The notes: a model not told the origin generated them from the sequence alone. DNA of 64,000 nucleotides from Thermodesulfobacteriota bacterium (GCA_034189385.1 JAXHVD010000016.1:38735-102734), one strand, 5' to 3'. Positions 29,200 through 39,655 are shown, counted from the first letter of the stretch. Numbers and translations: made by a program.

Positions 29200-29499
29200 T
29201 CAAAGCTTCTTGCCTGGCTTCCAGTACTGAAGTCCAGCGTCATCGAACCATCTAAGCCACGTATCTTCGTAGCATGCACGCTTTTCCAAGAGTCTTTCAT
29301 ATCTGAACCTAAGGTTTCCGTTCCAGCCATCTCGGTGTGCCGTTTCATAGGCCAGGACCAAACTATTGTATCTCTCATAATCAGGTTTCGGATATTCCTT
29401 TGGATTGAGCGTGTAGTTTCTCATCTGGTCATCAAGAAGCTCGAGAGATGAAAGCATGTTTTCAAGGTCTCTTTCTATTCTGACGGATGATTGTTCCAT
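29200..29499 (-). CDS. Small hypothetical helical protein
   Basis: Protein-like ORF in the gap after topA; LRFRYERLL...YEDTW; start uncertain. Confidence 0.6.
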   Translation of the reverse strand: MEQSSVRIERDLENMLSSLELLDDQMRNYTLNPKEYPKPDYERYNSLVLAYETAHRDGWNGNLRFRYERLLEKRACYEDTWLRWFDDAGLQYWKPGKKL

Positions 29500-29652
29500 T
29501 CTTGAAGGCACATGCATAAAATGTACCAGGTAACCAACTGTACTTACTGTGGGATTTTTGGACAAGTGATGGATAGGCAGAAGAAGCGACACCGAAGGCC
29601 ACCATCATAGCCTTGGCAGGGAGGGCGAGCGCATCGCCCGAATGTCTTGCCA

Positions 29653-31947
29653 TCAGATATCGGACTCATCTTGGAGCAGTTCTTTGTAAGGGCATTCCTT
29701 GTTCATACACCTCAGGTGGGGCCCTTCTTTCTTAGTGGTCTTCTTTACCACAAAGGGCGCCCCACACTTGGGGCAGGGCTGTGGCAGGGGTTTGTCCCAG
29801 ATAGCGAATTTACAGGCAGGGTACCGGGAGCATCCGTAAAAGACTTTTCCCCGTCTAGAGACTCGAGAAACCAATTCGCCAGAACAACCATCCTCCGGAC
29901 ATTTGACCCCAGTGGGCTGACTCTTGGCTCCGGCCCCCGCACTCAAAGAGCGGGTGTTCTTGCACTCAGGGTAGGCTGAGCACGCAAGGAATGGCCCAAA
30001 ACGTCCCTGTTTGCGGACCATAGGGCTGCCGCATTTGTCGCACTTTTCTTCTGTGGGCAAGTCTGTGGAGGGGGCACCCATTTCAATTTCGCCTTTTTCA
30101 TTGCGGACGTAGTTCTGTGTGAAGGTGCAGGCGGGATAGCCAGAGCAGGCCAAAAAAGGACCGTTCTTTCCCACCTTGATTCTCAAAGGTTTGTTACAGA
30201 CTGGACAAGAAAGATCTACAGAAAGCCCCTGCCCCTTAACAGTCCGCATCTCTTCTCGGGCGCGTTCCAAATCCTGTCTGAAAGAAGCGTAGAAGTCTTC
30301 CAAGACCTTAAGGGTACCGATCTTTCCTTCTTCGATCTTGTCCAGGTTATCCTCCATGCGGGCAGTGAAGTCGACATTGAGAATGTCTGGAAAGCTTTCC
30401 ACCAACAGGTCATTCACAATAAAGCCCAGTTCCGTGGGCTTGAAATACCTCTTGACCAGCTCTACATATCCTTTATCCCTGATGGTAGTGAGGATAGACG
30501 CATAGGTACTCGGCCTTCCAATGCCATTTTCTTCCAGTTCCTTGACCAGGGAGGCTTCGGAAAAACGCGGAGGTGGTTGCGTGAAGTGCTGTTTCGGCTC
30601 GAGCCTGTTGCACTTGAGCGTCATCCCTTCAGGCAAGGGCGGGAGGCTCCTTGTGTCGTCTGCTCGCCCCTTTGTTTCATTTGATGAAATATATAGGGCC
30701 ATGAACCCCGGGAAACGAATGACCGATCCGGAGGCTTGAAAAGTGTAGGGCCCAGCGGAGATGGCAACAGAGGTTTGGTCCAGGATAGCGGATTTCATCT
30801 GAGATGCCACAAAACGTCTCCAGATAAGTTCATAAAGGGCCAACTGGTCCTTGGACAGGAATGATGCGAGTTCCTTTGGCTTCCGAGAGACAGAGGTGGG
30901 TCTGACAGCCTCGTGGGCATCCTGCGCCTTCTTCTTGTTTTTGAATGCATGGGGCTTGGCCGGCACGTAGGCCTGGCCAAATTCCTCCAGTATCATCTGC
31001 CGTGCTTCGTTGACGGCCTCTTGCGCAATACGGGTAGAATCGGTTCGCATATAAGTAATCAGGCCTACTGGTCCTCCTGGGCCCAATTCAATTCCTTCAT
31101 AGAGTTGCTGGGCAACGACCATGGTCTTCTTCGCTGAGAAGCCAAGTTTCCTGATAGCGTCCTGCTGGAGCTTGCTGGTCGTAAAGGGTGCCAAAGGGTT
31201 TCTGCGTTGGCTTTTCTTGACAACCTTTTCCACCTTGAAGAGGGCTCCCTCAAGGGTCTTCAAGATAGTCTGTGAAGTCTGCTCATCGGGGATGTTAAGC
31301 TTCTTGTTGTCTTTTTTGGTGAGCTTAGCCAAAAAAGCTGGCTCAGTATCGCCCTCAAGTTCTGCAGTAATGCTCCAATATTCCTTGGGTTCAAAGGCGT
31401 GTATTTTTCTTTCCCGTTCACAAATCATCCTCACCGCAACGGACTGAACCCGGCCTGCGCTCAGACCGCGCTTTACCTTTTGCCACAAGATAGGCGAGAT
31501 CTGATACCCTACCAGTCGATCAAGAATTCTTCTGCCCTGTTGAGACTCAAACTTCTTCTTATCCAATTCCTGGGGCTGGGCCACGGCAGAGCGTATGGCA
31601 TTTTCAGTCAATTCATGGAACAGGACTCGGTGAAATCGGCGTCCCTTTTTCTTAAGCACCTCTGCTGTGTGCCACGCTATGGCCTCACCTTCGCGGTCGG
31701 GGTCAGGTGCCAGATAGATGTCAGGTATACTGGAGGCGGCCTTTTTCAAGGCACGTATGACCTTTTCCTTGCCTTTGATGGTTGTATATTTGGGTTTGAA
31801 TCCCTCTTCTATGGAGATACCCAATTCTTTGACCGGCAGGTCTCTTATATGGCCAACTGTAGCTGCTACGTCAAAGTCGGCGCCCAGGTATTTTTTCAAG
31901 GTCCTTACTTTTGTAGGTGATTCAACAATAACAAGAGATTTACTCAC
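29653..31947 (-). CDS. topA: DNA topoisomerase I with C-terminal zinc ribbons
   Basis: LVIVESPTK, DPDREGE, SAGRVQS, ITYMRTDS, GIGRPSTY. Confidence 0.98.
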   Translation of the reverse strand: MSKSLVIVESPTKVRTLKKYLGADFDVAATVGHIRDLPVKELGISIEEGFKPKYTTIKGKEKVIRALKKAASSIPDIYLAPDPDREGEAIAWHTAEVLKKKGRRFHRVLFHELTENAIRSAVAQPQELDKKKFESQQGRRILDRLVGYQISPILWQKVKRGLSAGRVQSVAVRMICERERKIHAFEPKEYWSITAELEGDTEPAFLAKLTKKDNKKLNIPDEQTSQTILKTLEGALFKVEKVVKKSQRRNPLAPFTTSKLQQDAIRKLGFSAKKTMVVAQQLYEGIELGPGGPVGLITYMRTDSTRIAQEAVNEARQMILEEFGQAYVPAKPHAFKNKKKAQDAHEAVRPTSVSRKPKELASFLSKDQLALYELIWRRFVASQMKSAILDQTSVAISAGPYTFQASGSVIRFPGFMALYISSNETKGRADDTRSLPPLPEGMTLKCNRLEPKQHFTQPPPRFSEASLVKELEENGIGRPSTYASILTTIRDKGYVELVKRYFKPTELGFIVNDLLVESFPDILNVDFTARMEDNLDKIEEGKIGTLKVLEDFYASFRQDLERAREEMRTVKGQGLSVDLSCPVCNKPLRIKVGKNGPFLACSGYPACTFTQNYVRNEKGEIEMGAPSTDLPTEEKCDKCGSPMVRKQGRFGPFLACSAYPECKNTRSLSAGAGAKSQPTGVKCPEDGCSGELVSRVSRRGKVFYGCSRYPACKFAIWDKPLPQPCPKCGAPFVVKKTTKKEGPHLRCMNKECPYKELLQDESDI

Positions 31948-31960
31948 CGTGAATCCTTTC

Positions 31961-33070
31961 TCAATTCGATTCAGGTTCAGATTTTGTAAAACGTTTTCCT
32001 GGACTTTGGGCAACAAGTCCTTTCAATTCCAGTTGAAGGAGAAGGCTTGAAACCTCTCCGGCCGACAAGGAGACTTGTCGAACTAGGTCATCAATATGTA
32101 TCGGATAGGGGCTCAGCATATTTAGGATAATTTTCTCTTCTGCTGAAAGCGGTGGGGTCAGGTCTCCCGCCTTTGGTGCAGGGAGTGGTGCAGGGCCGAT
32201 GTTGAGTTCCTCAATGATATCATTGACATTTTCCACAAGCTTAGCCCCTTCTTTTATCAGACGGTGGGTGCCCATACTTTTGAAAGAGGCCACACTGCCT
32301 GGCACTGCAAAAACCTCTCTGCCTTGCTCAGCAGCCAATTCTGCAGTGATCAGGCTGCCACTCTTGCGGGTGGCTTCCACAATAATAACCCCGAGGGCCA
32401 TCCCACTGATAATCCTGTTTCGGATCGGGAAGTTGTATGCCTCGGGGGGGGTGAGGAAGGGAAACTCTGAAATGACCGCCCCTGTTTTTCCTATCCTGTC
32501 GAACAGTGTTTTGTTTTCAGCCGGATAGACGGTGCCCAGTCCGCATCCCAACACTGCAATGGTTTCACCCTGGGCAGTAAGTGCCCCAATGTGGGCAGCT
32601 GAGTCAATGCCTCTGGCCATGCCACTGACCACAGTGAACCCACGTCTCACCAGATCGGCACTCAAACGCCTGGTCGTTGTACTACCATAGGATGTGGCAT
32701 TTCGTGACCCAACCATGGCAATGTTGATGCTGTCCGCGCGAAGCTTGCCGTATACATAAAGAAAAGGCGGTGGATCATGTATCTGGCGCAGCAAAGGGGG
32801 GTAGTCGGAATCTGAAAAGGTGACTATTCTAAAACCGTTTCTCTGCACAAGAGCAAGATCCTCCTTGACCTCTTTGGGGACTTTGAAGTTGGCAATGGTG
32901 TCGGCCACATGACTACTAATGCCACCCACGCCCAAGAGGTCTTTTCTAGAAGTCTCAAAAACCTTTTCAGGTTCTCCGAAGCGTTTGATGAGCTCGAGAC
33001 AGAGACGATTCCCCACGCCGGGAATACTTTTCAGTGCAAGCCAACATATGAGTGATTCCGTCATGGCCAT
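31961..33070 (-). CDS. dprA: DNA processing protein DprA
   Basis: VGSR, VSGMARGID, FPIRNRIISG, SGSLITA, GREVFAVPG. Confidence 0.97.
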   Translation of the reverse strand: MAMTESLICWLALKSIPGVGNRLCLELIKRFGEPEKVFETSRKDLLGVGGISSHVADTIANFKVPKEVKEDLALVQRNGFRIVTFSDSDYPPLLRQIHDPPPFLYVYGKLRADSINIAMVGSRNATSYGSTTTRRLSADLVRRGFTVVSGMARGIDSAAHIGALTAQGETIAVLGCGLGTVYPAENKTLFDRIGKTGAVISEFPFLTPPEAYNFPIRNRIISGMALGVIIVEATRKSGSLITAELAAEQGREVFAVPGSVASFKSMGTHRLIKEGAKLVENVNDIIEELNIGPAPLPAPKAGDLTPPLSAEEKIILNMLSPYPIHIDDLVRQVSLSAGEVSSLLLQLELKGLVAQSPGKRFTKSEPESN

Positions 33071-33319
33071 TTAAATCTTAAGGGCTCGGCGACCCTCAAA
33101 TCGTACCTGAGCTTTTCGGTAGCGGTCCCTATATGAACAAAGAGACGCTTGTGTCAAGGCATTTTAATAACGGAAAGGGGAGACAGCAGATAACTGGCAA
33201 GCCACAACAGAAATACTTCTTTTTCTGAGAGCGGACGCAGGGCTCTTGCTCGACAATGCTAAATGAAAAATATCGGGGAGCCAAAAGCTACAGTGAATGT
33301 CAAATATCACATCTCCAGT

Positions 33320-33340
33320 GGGCTGTTGCCCAAATCCCTT
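33320..33340. repeat. Solo end of the 52.1-kb MITE family
   Basis: GGGCTGTTGCCCAAATCCCTT is the exact reverse complement of 52300-52320. Confidence 0.7.
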
Positions 33341-33423
33341 CCTGATAGGTCCAAAGAGGCCACGGAGAATACCGGACCAAACAGCTTTATGGACACGGCG
33401 TGAGTCCTCGGGGCAACTGAGGA

Positions 33424-34302
33424 CTACTGCGCCTCAAGTTCTTTCAACTTTGCCCGTGCCTTAGACTCAGCGGCGCTAAAAGGGTAGTTGTTAATCACCC
33501 TCTTTAGAAACATCCGGGCATTGCTGACGTCGTCCAGAGCGATATAGGCGTACCCGATTTTAAGTAGGGCGTCCGGTGCCTTGGCGTGGTCTGTGTAACG
33601 GGTCACTACGTCTTTGAAAGTTAGAATGGCGCTGGCATAATCGCCCATATCATAGTGCGTTTCTCCAATCCAGTACTGGGCGTTATCGGCAAGCTGATGG
33701 TCTGGATAGCGCTTCAAAAAGTCCTCAAAAAGGCCCAATGCCTCGGCATAACGACCATTGACGTAGGCCTCGTAAGCCTTGTTGTATTCGCCCTGCGCCG
33801 AATCATGGGCGGGGGTTGGCTGGATACTGCTCGCAAGCTCACGGGCCCCCTTTTGCGGTGCTGATGTCTTTGGCACGGTGGGCTCGACCTTTGCCGCGGT
33901 CACTGGAAGCTCTTGGCCACTTGCCACTTTGTCAACGGCAGTTTGGAGCCCGCGCACTCTGGAATCCAGGGCGTTCAGCCAGTTACTGAGGTCTTCCAAT
34001 GTCTGGGCCGTTGTTTCTTCTGTGGTCTGCCGAAGCAAATCCTCTTCTCTTACGCCCGTTAACCCTTCAAGCCGGCTATCAAGGCCCGCCACTTTTGTCT
34101 CCAAGGTCTCAAGGCGGGAAATGGTGTTTTGGATCGCCGTTTGTGTGCCCTTGTTGGATTTTGCAATCCGATAGAGGTCGCCCTGAAGTGCTGCCATTCG
34201 GTAGTCTTGTTTTGTCTTGGACGAGGCACAGGCAGGCAATATGGCAACAAGCAGAGCTAGAAAGACACCTACCCAACGCCACCGTCCGTGCACGTAACCC
34301 AT
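33424..34302 (-). CDS. cpoB: Tol-Pal system protein YbgF/CpoB
   Basis: Lipobox-like LPAC, coiled coil, TPRs ADNAQYWIGE and KAPDALLKIG. Confidence 0.9.
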   Translation of the reverse strand: MGYVHGRWRWVGVFLALLVAILPACASSKTKQDYRMAALQGDLYRIAKSNKGTQTAIQNTISRLETLETKVAGLDSRLEGLTGVREEDLLRQTTEETTAQTLEDLSNWLNALDSRVRGLQTAVDKVASGQELPVTAAKVEPTVPKTSAPQKGARELASSIQPTPAHDSAQGEYNKAYEAYVNGRYAEALGLFEDFLKRYPDHQLADNAQYWIGETHYDMGDYASAILTFKDVVTRYTDHAKAPDALLKIGYAYIALDDVSNARMFLKRVINNYPFSAAESKARAKLKELEAQ

Positions 34303-34358
34303 GATATCCTTCCTCCAAAACGTTAAGTAGTGGCGCCCTGATGATCAGCCAAAACGCG

Positions 34359-35429
34359 TTACCGGCCTCTGCCTTTGGAGTGGCCTTTTGTTGTTTTGCC
34401 GGTTTGCTTCCACACTAGTAAAACTGGGCTGGCCACGTAGATGGATGAATAGGTCCCCACTAGAACACCAATAATGAGGGCAAAAGCAAAGTCGTGTATG
34501 ATGCCGCCCCCTAGGACAAAAAGGGCGATTACAACGATCAACGTCGTCAGCGAGGTGAGCAACGTGCGACTTAAAGTTTCATTGATGCTGCGGTTTACTA
34601 CGATTTCATAGGATTTGCGGTAATACTTGCGCGTATTTTCCCTTATGCGGTCAAAGACAATAATGGTGTCGTTGAGTGAATAACCGATAATGGTAAGGAG
34701 TGCCGCAATAATGGGGAGTGTGAATTCCTTGTCCATCAACGAGAAGATTCCCACGGTGATGAGAACATCGTGGATCAAGGCTACGATAGCCCCTGTGGCA
34801 AACCTGAGTTTCAGATAGAAACTGAGACACAAAGTGACCAACACTGCAGCTACGATAAGAAGAGGGATACTAACACCAAAGTTCTTCAATACGAAGAGGG
34901 TCACAAAGAGGCACGAGGCCATAATAATACTCAACATCCATTTCAGTTCGAAACGGCCAGAAATGTAAACAACAATGAAAAGGATGGCAGAAAACATGGC
35001 CAACAAAGCCTTCTCACGGAGGTCTTGTCCTACCTTGGGGCCTACCATCTCCACCCGGCGCACTTCCACCTCATGCTCCGGATAGGCTGTTTCCAGGCTG
35101 TTCTCTATCTTGGAGGCAATGCTCTGTAAGGCTGCTGACGCCCCGGCGGCCCTGATGAGGTATTCATTTTCCTGTTTTTCGCCAAAACCCTGGACGGAAG
35201 TGATCTGCAGATCCATGGATGTAAGGGAATCCTTGATGGCCTGTGGGGACATGGGTTTGGCGAACTGGACCTGAATTAAGGTGCCACCGGCAAAATCGAT
35301 GCCATAAGTTGGCCCCCCTTTGATTACAAGAGAGACGATGCTGGCGGCAATGAGTACTAAAGAGCCTAAGAAAGCAATTTTTCTTTTTCCTATAAAATCG
35401 AGGTCAATATCAGGTTTTATGAATTGCAT
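34359..35429 (-). CDS. secF: Protein translocase subunit SecF
   Basis: GIDFAGG, VGPKVG, IGYSLNDTIIVFDRIRE. Confidence 0.97.
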   Translation of the reverse strand: MQFIKPDIDLDFIGKRKIAFLGSLVLIAASIVSLVIKGGPTYGIDFAGGTLIQVQFAKPMSPQAIKDSLTSMDLQITSVQGFGEKQENEYLIRAAGASAALQSIASKIENSLETAYPEHEVEVRRVEMVGPKVGQDLREKALLAMFSAILFIVVYISGRFELKWMLSIIMASCLFVTLFVLKNFGVSIPLLIVAAVLVTLCLSFYLKLRFATGAIVALIHDVLITVGIFSLMDKEFTLPIIAALLTIIGYSLNDTIIVFDRIRENTRKYYRKSYEIVVNRSINETLSRTLLTSLTTLIVVIALFVLGGGIIHDFAFALIIGVLVGTYSSIYVASPVLLVWKQTGKTTKGHSKGRGR

Positions 35430-35482
35430 GGGAAGTATGTATATTCCTTTCTTTCTCCTACAACGTAATCGGTGCTAGCCTT

Positions 35483-37099
35483 CTAAATGCTCAGGTTTTG
35501 GGTACGGCGTTGCAGGACCAGGTAGTCAAAAATCAGCCTGGCCACGATGATGGCTGTGAAAAGGCTTGCTAGTATGCCGATGCTTAGGGTTACAGCAAAG
35601 CCCTTTACAGGTCCTGTTCCGAATTGAAACAGGACTAAGGCGGCAATTAAAGTCGTAATGTTGGCATCCAGGATCGTCATGGTGGCCCTGGCATAGCCTC
35701 CGTCCACCGCAGCTCTTGGGGTTTTGCCCAAGCGTACCTCCTCTCGAATTCTCTCAAAGATAATCACATTGGCATCCACGGCCATGCCAATGGTGAGGAT
35801 GATTCCCGCAATACCGGGCAATGTGAGGGTGGCTTGAAAGGCGGCCAAACCCGCGGCGATGAGCACAATGTTCAACAGAAGGGCAATATTGGCAATGATG
35901 CCCGCTCCCTTATAGTAGATCCCAATAAAGAGAACCACAATGATGCCGCCAATCCACATAGACATGAGTCCCTTATCAATGGAATCGCGTCCCAAAGAAG
36001 GCCCCACCGTGCGTTCTTCAAGGATCTGGACAGGGGCGGGCAGGGCCCCTGCCCGAAGCACGATGGCCAGATCGTGAGCTTCCTCTGTAGTGAAGTGCCC
36101 TGTGATGCGGGCACGGCCTCCGCCGATCTTTTCCTGAATAACAGGGGCCGAGTAGATGTGGTCATCTAGGACAATGGCGAGTCGCTTCTTCACGTTTGCC
36201 TCTGTGACCCGCTCAAAGAGACGGGCCCCCTTCTTGTCAAAGTCCATAGAGACATACGGCTCATTGTACATAGAGTCTATCTGAACTCTGGCATCGGTAA
36301 GGTATTCGCCAGTCAAATAGGTCCGTTTACGGATCAAAAAAGCGGTCCTCTTCGTGCGGCCCGTGGTGGGGTCCTCGGTGACCTGATACAGGATCTCATC
36401 GCCTGGTGGGACATGTCCCTTTAGGGCCTCTTGGAGGTCATTCTCTTCGTCTACCAACTTGAATTCCAGCAGGGCCGTCTTGCCGATGAGATTGATCGCC
36501 CTTTGGGCATCTTTGATGCCGGGCAGCTGTATGAGAATCCGGTTTTCTCCTTGACGGCGTATGTCTGGTTCGCTGACGCCGAATTGGTCAATACGATTTC
36601 GGATCGTTTCCATGGCCTGCCTGGCAGCCATCTCTTCAACATATTTCACTTCCTCTTCAGGCAGTTCGAGACGTAGCGAGAGGCCCTCCTCCTCGGTCGT
36701 ACCAGGTACAATGCGAAGAGTCGAGAACTCCTCTTCAAGGAGATTGTCGAAGGATCCTCTGCTTTCTTGGCCCTTCAGCTTGACCGATATCTGGGTCTCA
36801 TTGACGCGGTCAATTTCCGTATATCGTATCTTTTGCTTTTTCATGACCGCCCGCAGATCTTCGGCCGTACGCTCTATCCTGCTTTCAACGGCTTTTCGAG
36901 TCTGCACTTCCAGTACAAGGTGCATGCCTCCTTGAAGGTCCAATCCCAGAAGGATTTTTTCTGTGGGAAGGATACCCAAAGACTTCCACCAATCCGGCAC
37001 GGTTGAATAGAGTGAAGGGACGACATAGACACATGCCACCACAACAAGTCCAATAATCGTAATGAGTTTCCACTTGAATTGTCTGAACCAATTGTTCAT
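35483..37099 (-). CDS. secD: Protein translocase subunit SecD
   Basis: LGLDLQGG, GMAVDANVIIFERIREE. Confidence 0.98.
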   Translation of the reverse strand: MNNWFRQFKWKLITIIGLVVVACVYVVPSLYSTVPDWWKSLGILPTEKILLGLDLQGGMHLVLEVQTRKAVESRIERTAEDLRAVMKKQKIRYTEIDRVNETQISVKLKGQESRGSFDNLLEEEFSTLRIVPGTTEEEGLSLRLELPEEEVKYVEEMAARQAMETIRNRIDQFGVSEPDIRRQGENRILIQLPGIKDAQRAINLIGKTALLEFKLVDEENDLQEALKGHVPPGDEILYQVTEDPTTGRTKRTAFLIRKRTYLTGEYLTDARVQIDSMYNEPYVSMDFDKKGARLFERVTEANVKKRLAIVLDDHIYSAPVIQEKIGGGRARITGHFTTEEAHDLAIVLRAGALPAPVQILEERTVGPSLGRDSIDKGLMSMWIGGIIVVLFIGIYYKGAGIIANIALLLNIVLIAAGLAAFQATLTLPGIAGIILTIGMAVDANVIIFERIREEVRLGKTPRAAVDGGYARATMTILDANITTLIAALVLFQFGTGPVKGFAVTLSIGILASLFTAIIVARLIFDYLVLQRRTQNLSI

Positions 37100-37110
37100 C
37101 TTTCAGTATA

Positions 37111-37446
37111 CTATCCCTTCTTAGCGCTCGGGCTTTCGGCTTGCACCGAACCCGAGATGTTTGCACGAGCAACTTTCACCCGCACCTTTTCAGAGATCTC
37201 AAGAGTGACAACGGTATCGGTGAGCCCTGTGATTCGTCCATAGAGCCCGCCACTTGTCACGACGCGATCGCCCTTTTTCAGCTCGCTGATCATCTGCCGA
37301 TGCTGTTTCTGCTTTTTCTGCTGGGGCCGGATTAATAGAAAATAGAAAATGACAAACATCAAGATTAGAGGAACAAAGGCCCCAAATCCTCCACCCTGTC
37401 CTGATGCTTCTCCACCAGTACCCATGGCATAAGCAATGTCGATCAA
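37111..37446 (-). CDS. yajC: Preprotein translocase subunit YajC
   Basis: FYFLLIRPQQK, GDRVVTSGG; TTG start with AGGAGG RBS. Confidence 0.95.
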   Translation of the reverse strand: MIDIAYAMGTGGEASGQGGGFGAFVPLILMFVIFYFLLIRPQQKKQKQHRQMISELKKGDRVVTSGGLYGRITGLTDTVVTLEISEKVRVKVARANISGSVQAESPSAKKG

Positions 37447-37463
37447 GATAAATCCCTCCTTTA

Positions 37464-37515
37464 TTGATGGTTTCGTAAAAAGTCGAAAAAACACCATTCT
37501 CTTTACGAGTTCATC
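37464..37515. repeat. Collapsed copy of the palindromic element at 42.6 kb
   Basis: TTGATGGTTTCGTAAAAAGTCGAAAAAACACC resembles both ends of 42599-42734. Confidence 0.7.
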
Positions 37516-37599
37516 TTAATTTGCACTCCCCAAAAGCTCGATATATGAATTTTAGGTGAAAACCGTGCTCCTCCCAGTTTGATATTCCTTACTTAAATC

Positions 37600-38247
37600 T
37601 CAATTGAGGTCAAACTCCCAACGCATTTCAGCCGTGCCAAGGACGCTGGTGACGATGAGTGTGACCGCTTCGGTGCCGTCTCTTAAGAACGGCCGGCCCC
37701 CGTCAGGAGTATCGTAAGGAAACCTCACAGCGTAGACAGACTTGTGAGGTGTGATGTAGGGGAAAAAGTGCGAAACCACAGGATCCCGTCCCTTCAGTTT
37801 TCTCACTTCAACGGGAGTCACATGTTTGTCCATATCGTTTGCGAGATAAAGCCGCCATGTTGACTTAGTATTGTCGAAATCGTCCCACCTTTTGTCAGGG
37901 ACAAATGTCGCCAGGATAAAGTCGTGGCCAAGTCGCGCTGCCCCGAGCTGATCTTCGAGAAAGGTTTGTTTTTCCTCTGGTGCCAATCTGTGAGCCTTTG
38001 CATATTCCTCCGTGTAGGCACGTCGAAATTCTTCTGACTTGAAAGTAGCCGAAGCGATGAGTACCACTTCAAGACCACGATGAATACGCCCTTCCTTGGT
38101 CCACTTATCGCGAACACCCTCATAGGTTGCCGAGTGATAGGGGTTAGCAGACGCAACGAATCGGCTTACCTTGGCACAGCCTGTTGACAGCAGCACCATG
38201 GCCCCAGCAAAAAGGCATACTCTAAGCCAGACTAGGGAACAAGTCAT
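37600..38247 (-). CDS. Hypothetical lipoprotein
   Basis: Hydrophobic leader with STGC lipobox; co-oriented with purB. Confidence 0.75.
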   Translation of the reverse strand: MTCSLVWLRVCLFAGAMVLLSTGCAKVSRFVASANPYHSATYEGVRDKWTKEGRIHRGLEVVLIASATFKSEEFRRAYTEEYAKAHRLAPEEKQTFLEDQLGAARLGHDFILATFVPDKRWDDFDNTKSTWRLYLANDMDKHVTPVEVRKLKGRDPVVSHFFPYITPHKSVYAVRFPYDTPDGGRPFLRDGTEAVTLIVTSVLGTAEMRWEFDLN

Positions 38248-38295
38248 GGAGTTCTTTTGTCTACGGGCCCTAAAACAAAGCACCTATCCCAGCTT

Positions 38296-39588
38296 CTAAG
38301 CGAAAACACGGGCAAAGATCGCGTCCACATGTCTGAGCTGAGATTTGACGTCGAAAACCTCTTCAAGTTCGTCGCTTCTCAAGTACTTGCCGATGTTTGG
38401 GTCATTCACCACAAGGTCCTTGAAGTCTTTCTTCGTCTTCCACGCCTCCATGGCCCGCATTTGGACCATCTTATAGGCCGCTTCTCGCGAAACGCCTTCT
38501 TTGGCCAATTGAAGGAGTATCTGCTGAGAGAAGATCAGCCCTCGGGTGATTTCCAGGTTCTGCTTCATGCGCTTGGGATAGACCACCAGGCGGCCGATGA
38601 TCCATGTCATACGGTGAAGCATGTAGTCAATCAAAATCGTGCTGTCTGGGATAATGACCCTTTCCACAGAGGAATGACTGATGTCTCGCTCATGCCAAAG
38701 GGCCACATTGTTCAATGCGGCAGATGCGTTGGAGCGGACTAGCCTTGCCAAGCCGGAGAGGTTCTCCGATGACACGGGATTGCGCTTATGTGGCATGGCA
38801 GAAGAACCCTTTTGTCCCTTGGAAAAATACTCCTCTGCTTCCAGCACCTCTGTTCTCTGTAGATGCCGAATCTCCACAGCCATCTTTTCAATGGTGGAGG
38901 CCATGATGGCCAAGGTGGTGAAGTACTCGGCATAGCGATCTCTTTGAATGACCTGAGTGGACACAGGCGCCGGCCTGAGCCCCAACTTTCGACACACATG
39001 GGCTTCCACCCTGGGTGAGATGTTGGCAAAGGTGCCGACGGCTCCGGAGACCTTGCCCACACTCACCGTTTCCATAGCCTGTTGCATACGGCGCTTGTTT
39101 CGACCCATCTCATCGTACCACAGGGCCAGCTTTAACCCAAAGGTAATGGGCTCGGCGTGGATGCCATGAGATCGTCCCACCATGACAGTGTCTTTGTGGG
39201 TCATGGCCTTTTTCTTTAGGGCCGCAAGCAAACGGTCACAACCTTTAAGGATGATCTTGGAGGCCTGGCGCAACCTGACTGCCATGGCCGTATCAAGGAT
39301 GTCCGACGACGTAAGCCCCAGGTGGATGTAACGTGCGTCCGGGCCTACGGCCTCGGCCACGTTTGTCAGAAAGGCAATGACGTCATGTTTCGTCTCTGCC
39401 TCAATGGCCTCAATCCGTTCCACAGAAAAACTTGCCTTCTTGCGGATATGTTGCGCGGCCCTCTTGGGAATCTCGCCCAACTTGGCCAGGGCTTCACATG
39501 CCAGGATCTCAACGTCAAGCCAGGTGCGGAACTTGTTTTCCTCTGTCCATATGAGGCCCATGGCCTCACGGGTGTATCGTTTGATCAT
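38296..39588 (-). CDS. purB: Adenylosuccinate lyase
   Basis: HLGLTSSD, GRSHGIHAEP, GSSAMPHKRNP. Confidence 0.98.
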   Translation of the reverse strand: MIKRYTREAMGLIWTEENKFRTWLDVEILACEALAKLGEIPKRAAQHIRKKASFSVERIEAIEAETKHDVIAFLTNVAEAVGPDARYIHLGLTSSDILDTAMAVRLRQASKIILKGCDRLLAALKKKAMTHKDTVMVGRSHGIHAEPITFGLKLALWYDEMGRNKRRMQQAMETVSVGKVSGAVGTFANISPRVEAHVCRKLGLRPAPVSTQVIQRDRYAEYFTTLAIMASTIEKMAVEIRHLQRTEVLEAEEYFSKGQKGSSAMPHKRNPVSSENLSGLARLVRSNASAALNNVALWHERDISHSSVERVIIPDSTILIDYMLHRMTWIIGRLVVYPKRMKQNLEITRGLIFSQQILLQLAKEGVSREAAYKMVQMRAMEAWKTKKDFKDLVVNDPNIGKYLRSDELEEVFDVKSQLRHVDAIFARVFA

Positions 39589-39655
39589 GGGAATCTTTTC
39601 CGGTCTTTCACATGGGTCGCTTCAAGCCGTCAGGCCCGGGTGACGGGGGGGCTGG

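Noticed and set aside
32001..32020. TTTGGGCAACA similar to the MITE terminal repeat
   Set aside because: Short match inside intact dprA coding sequence; probably chance
33195..33260. GGCAAGCC...GGACGCAGGGC resembling a c-di-GMP-I riboswitch
   Set aside because: Key GCAAA/GNRA features are missing and it lies on the plus strand with no downstream plus-strand gene
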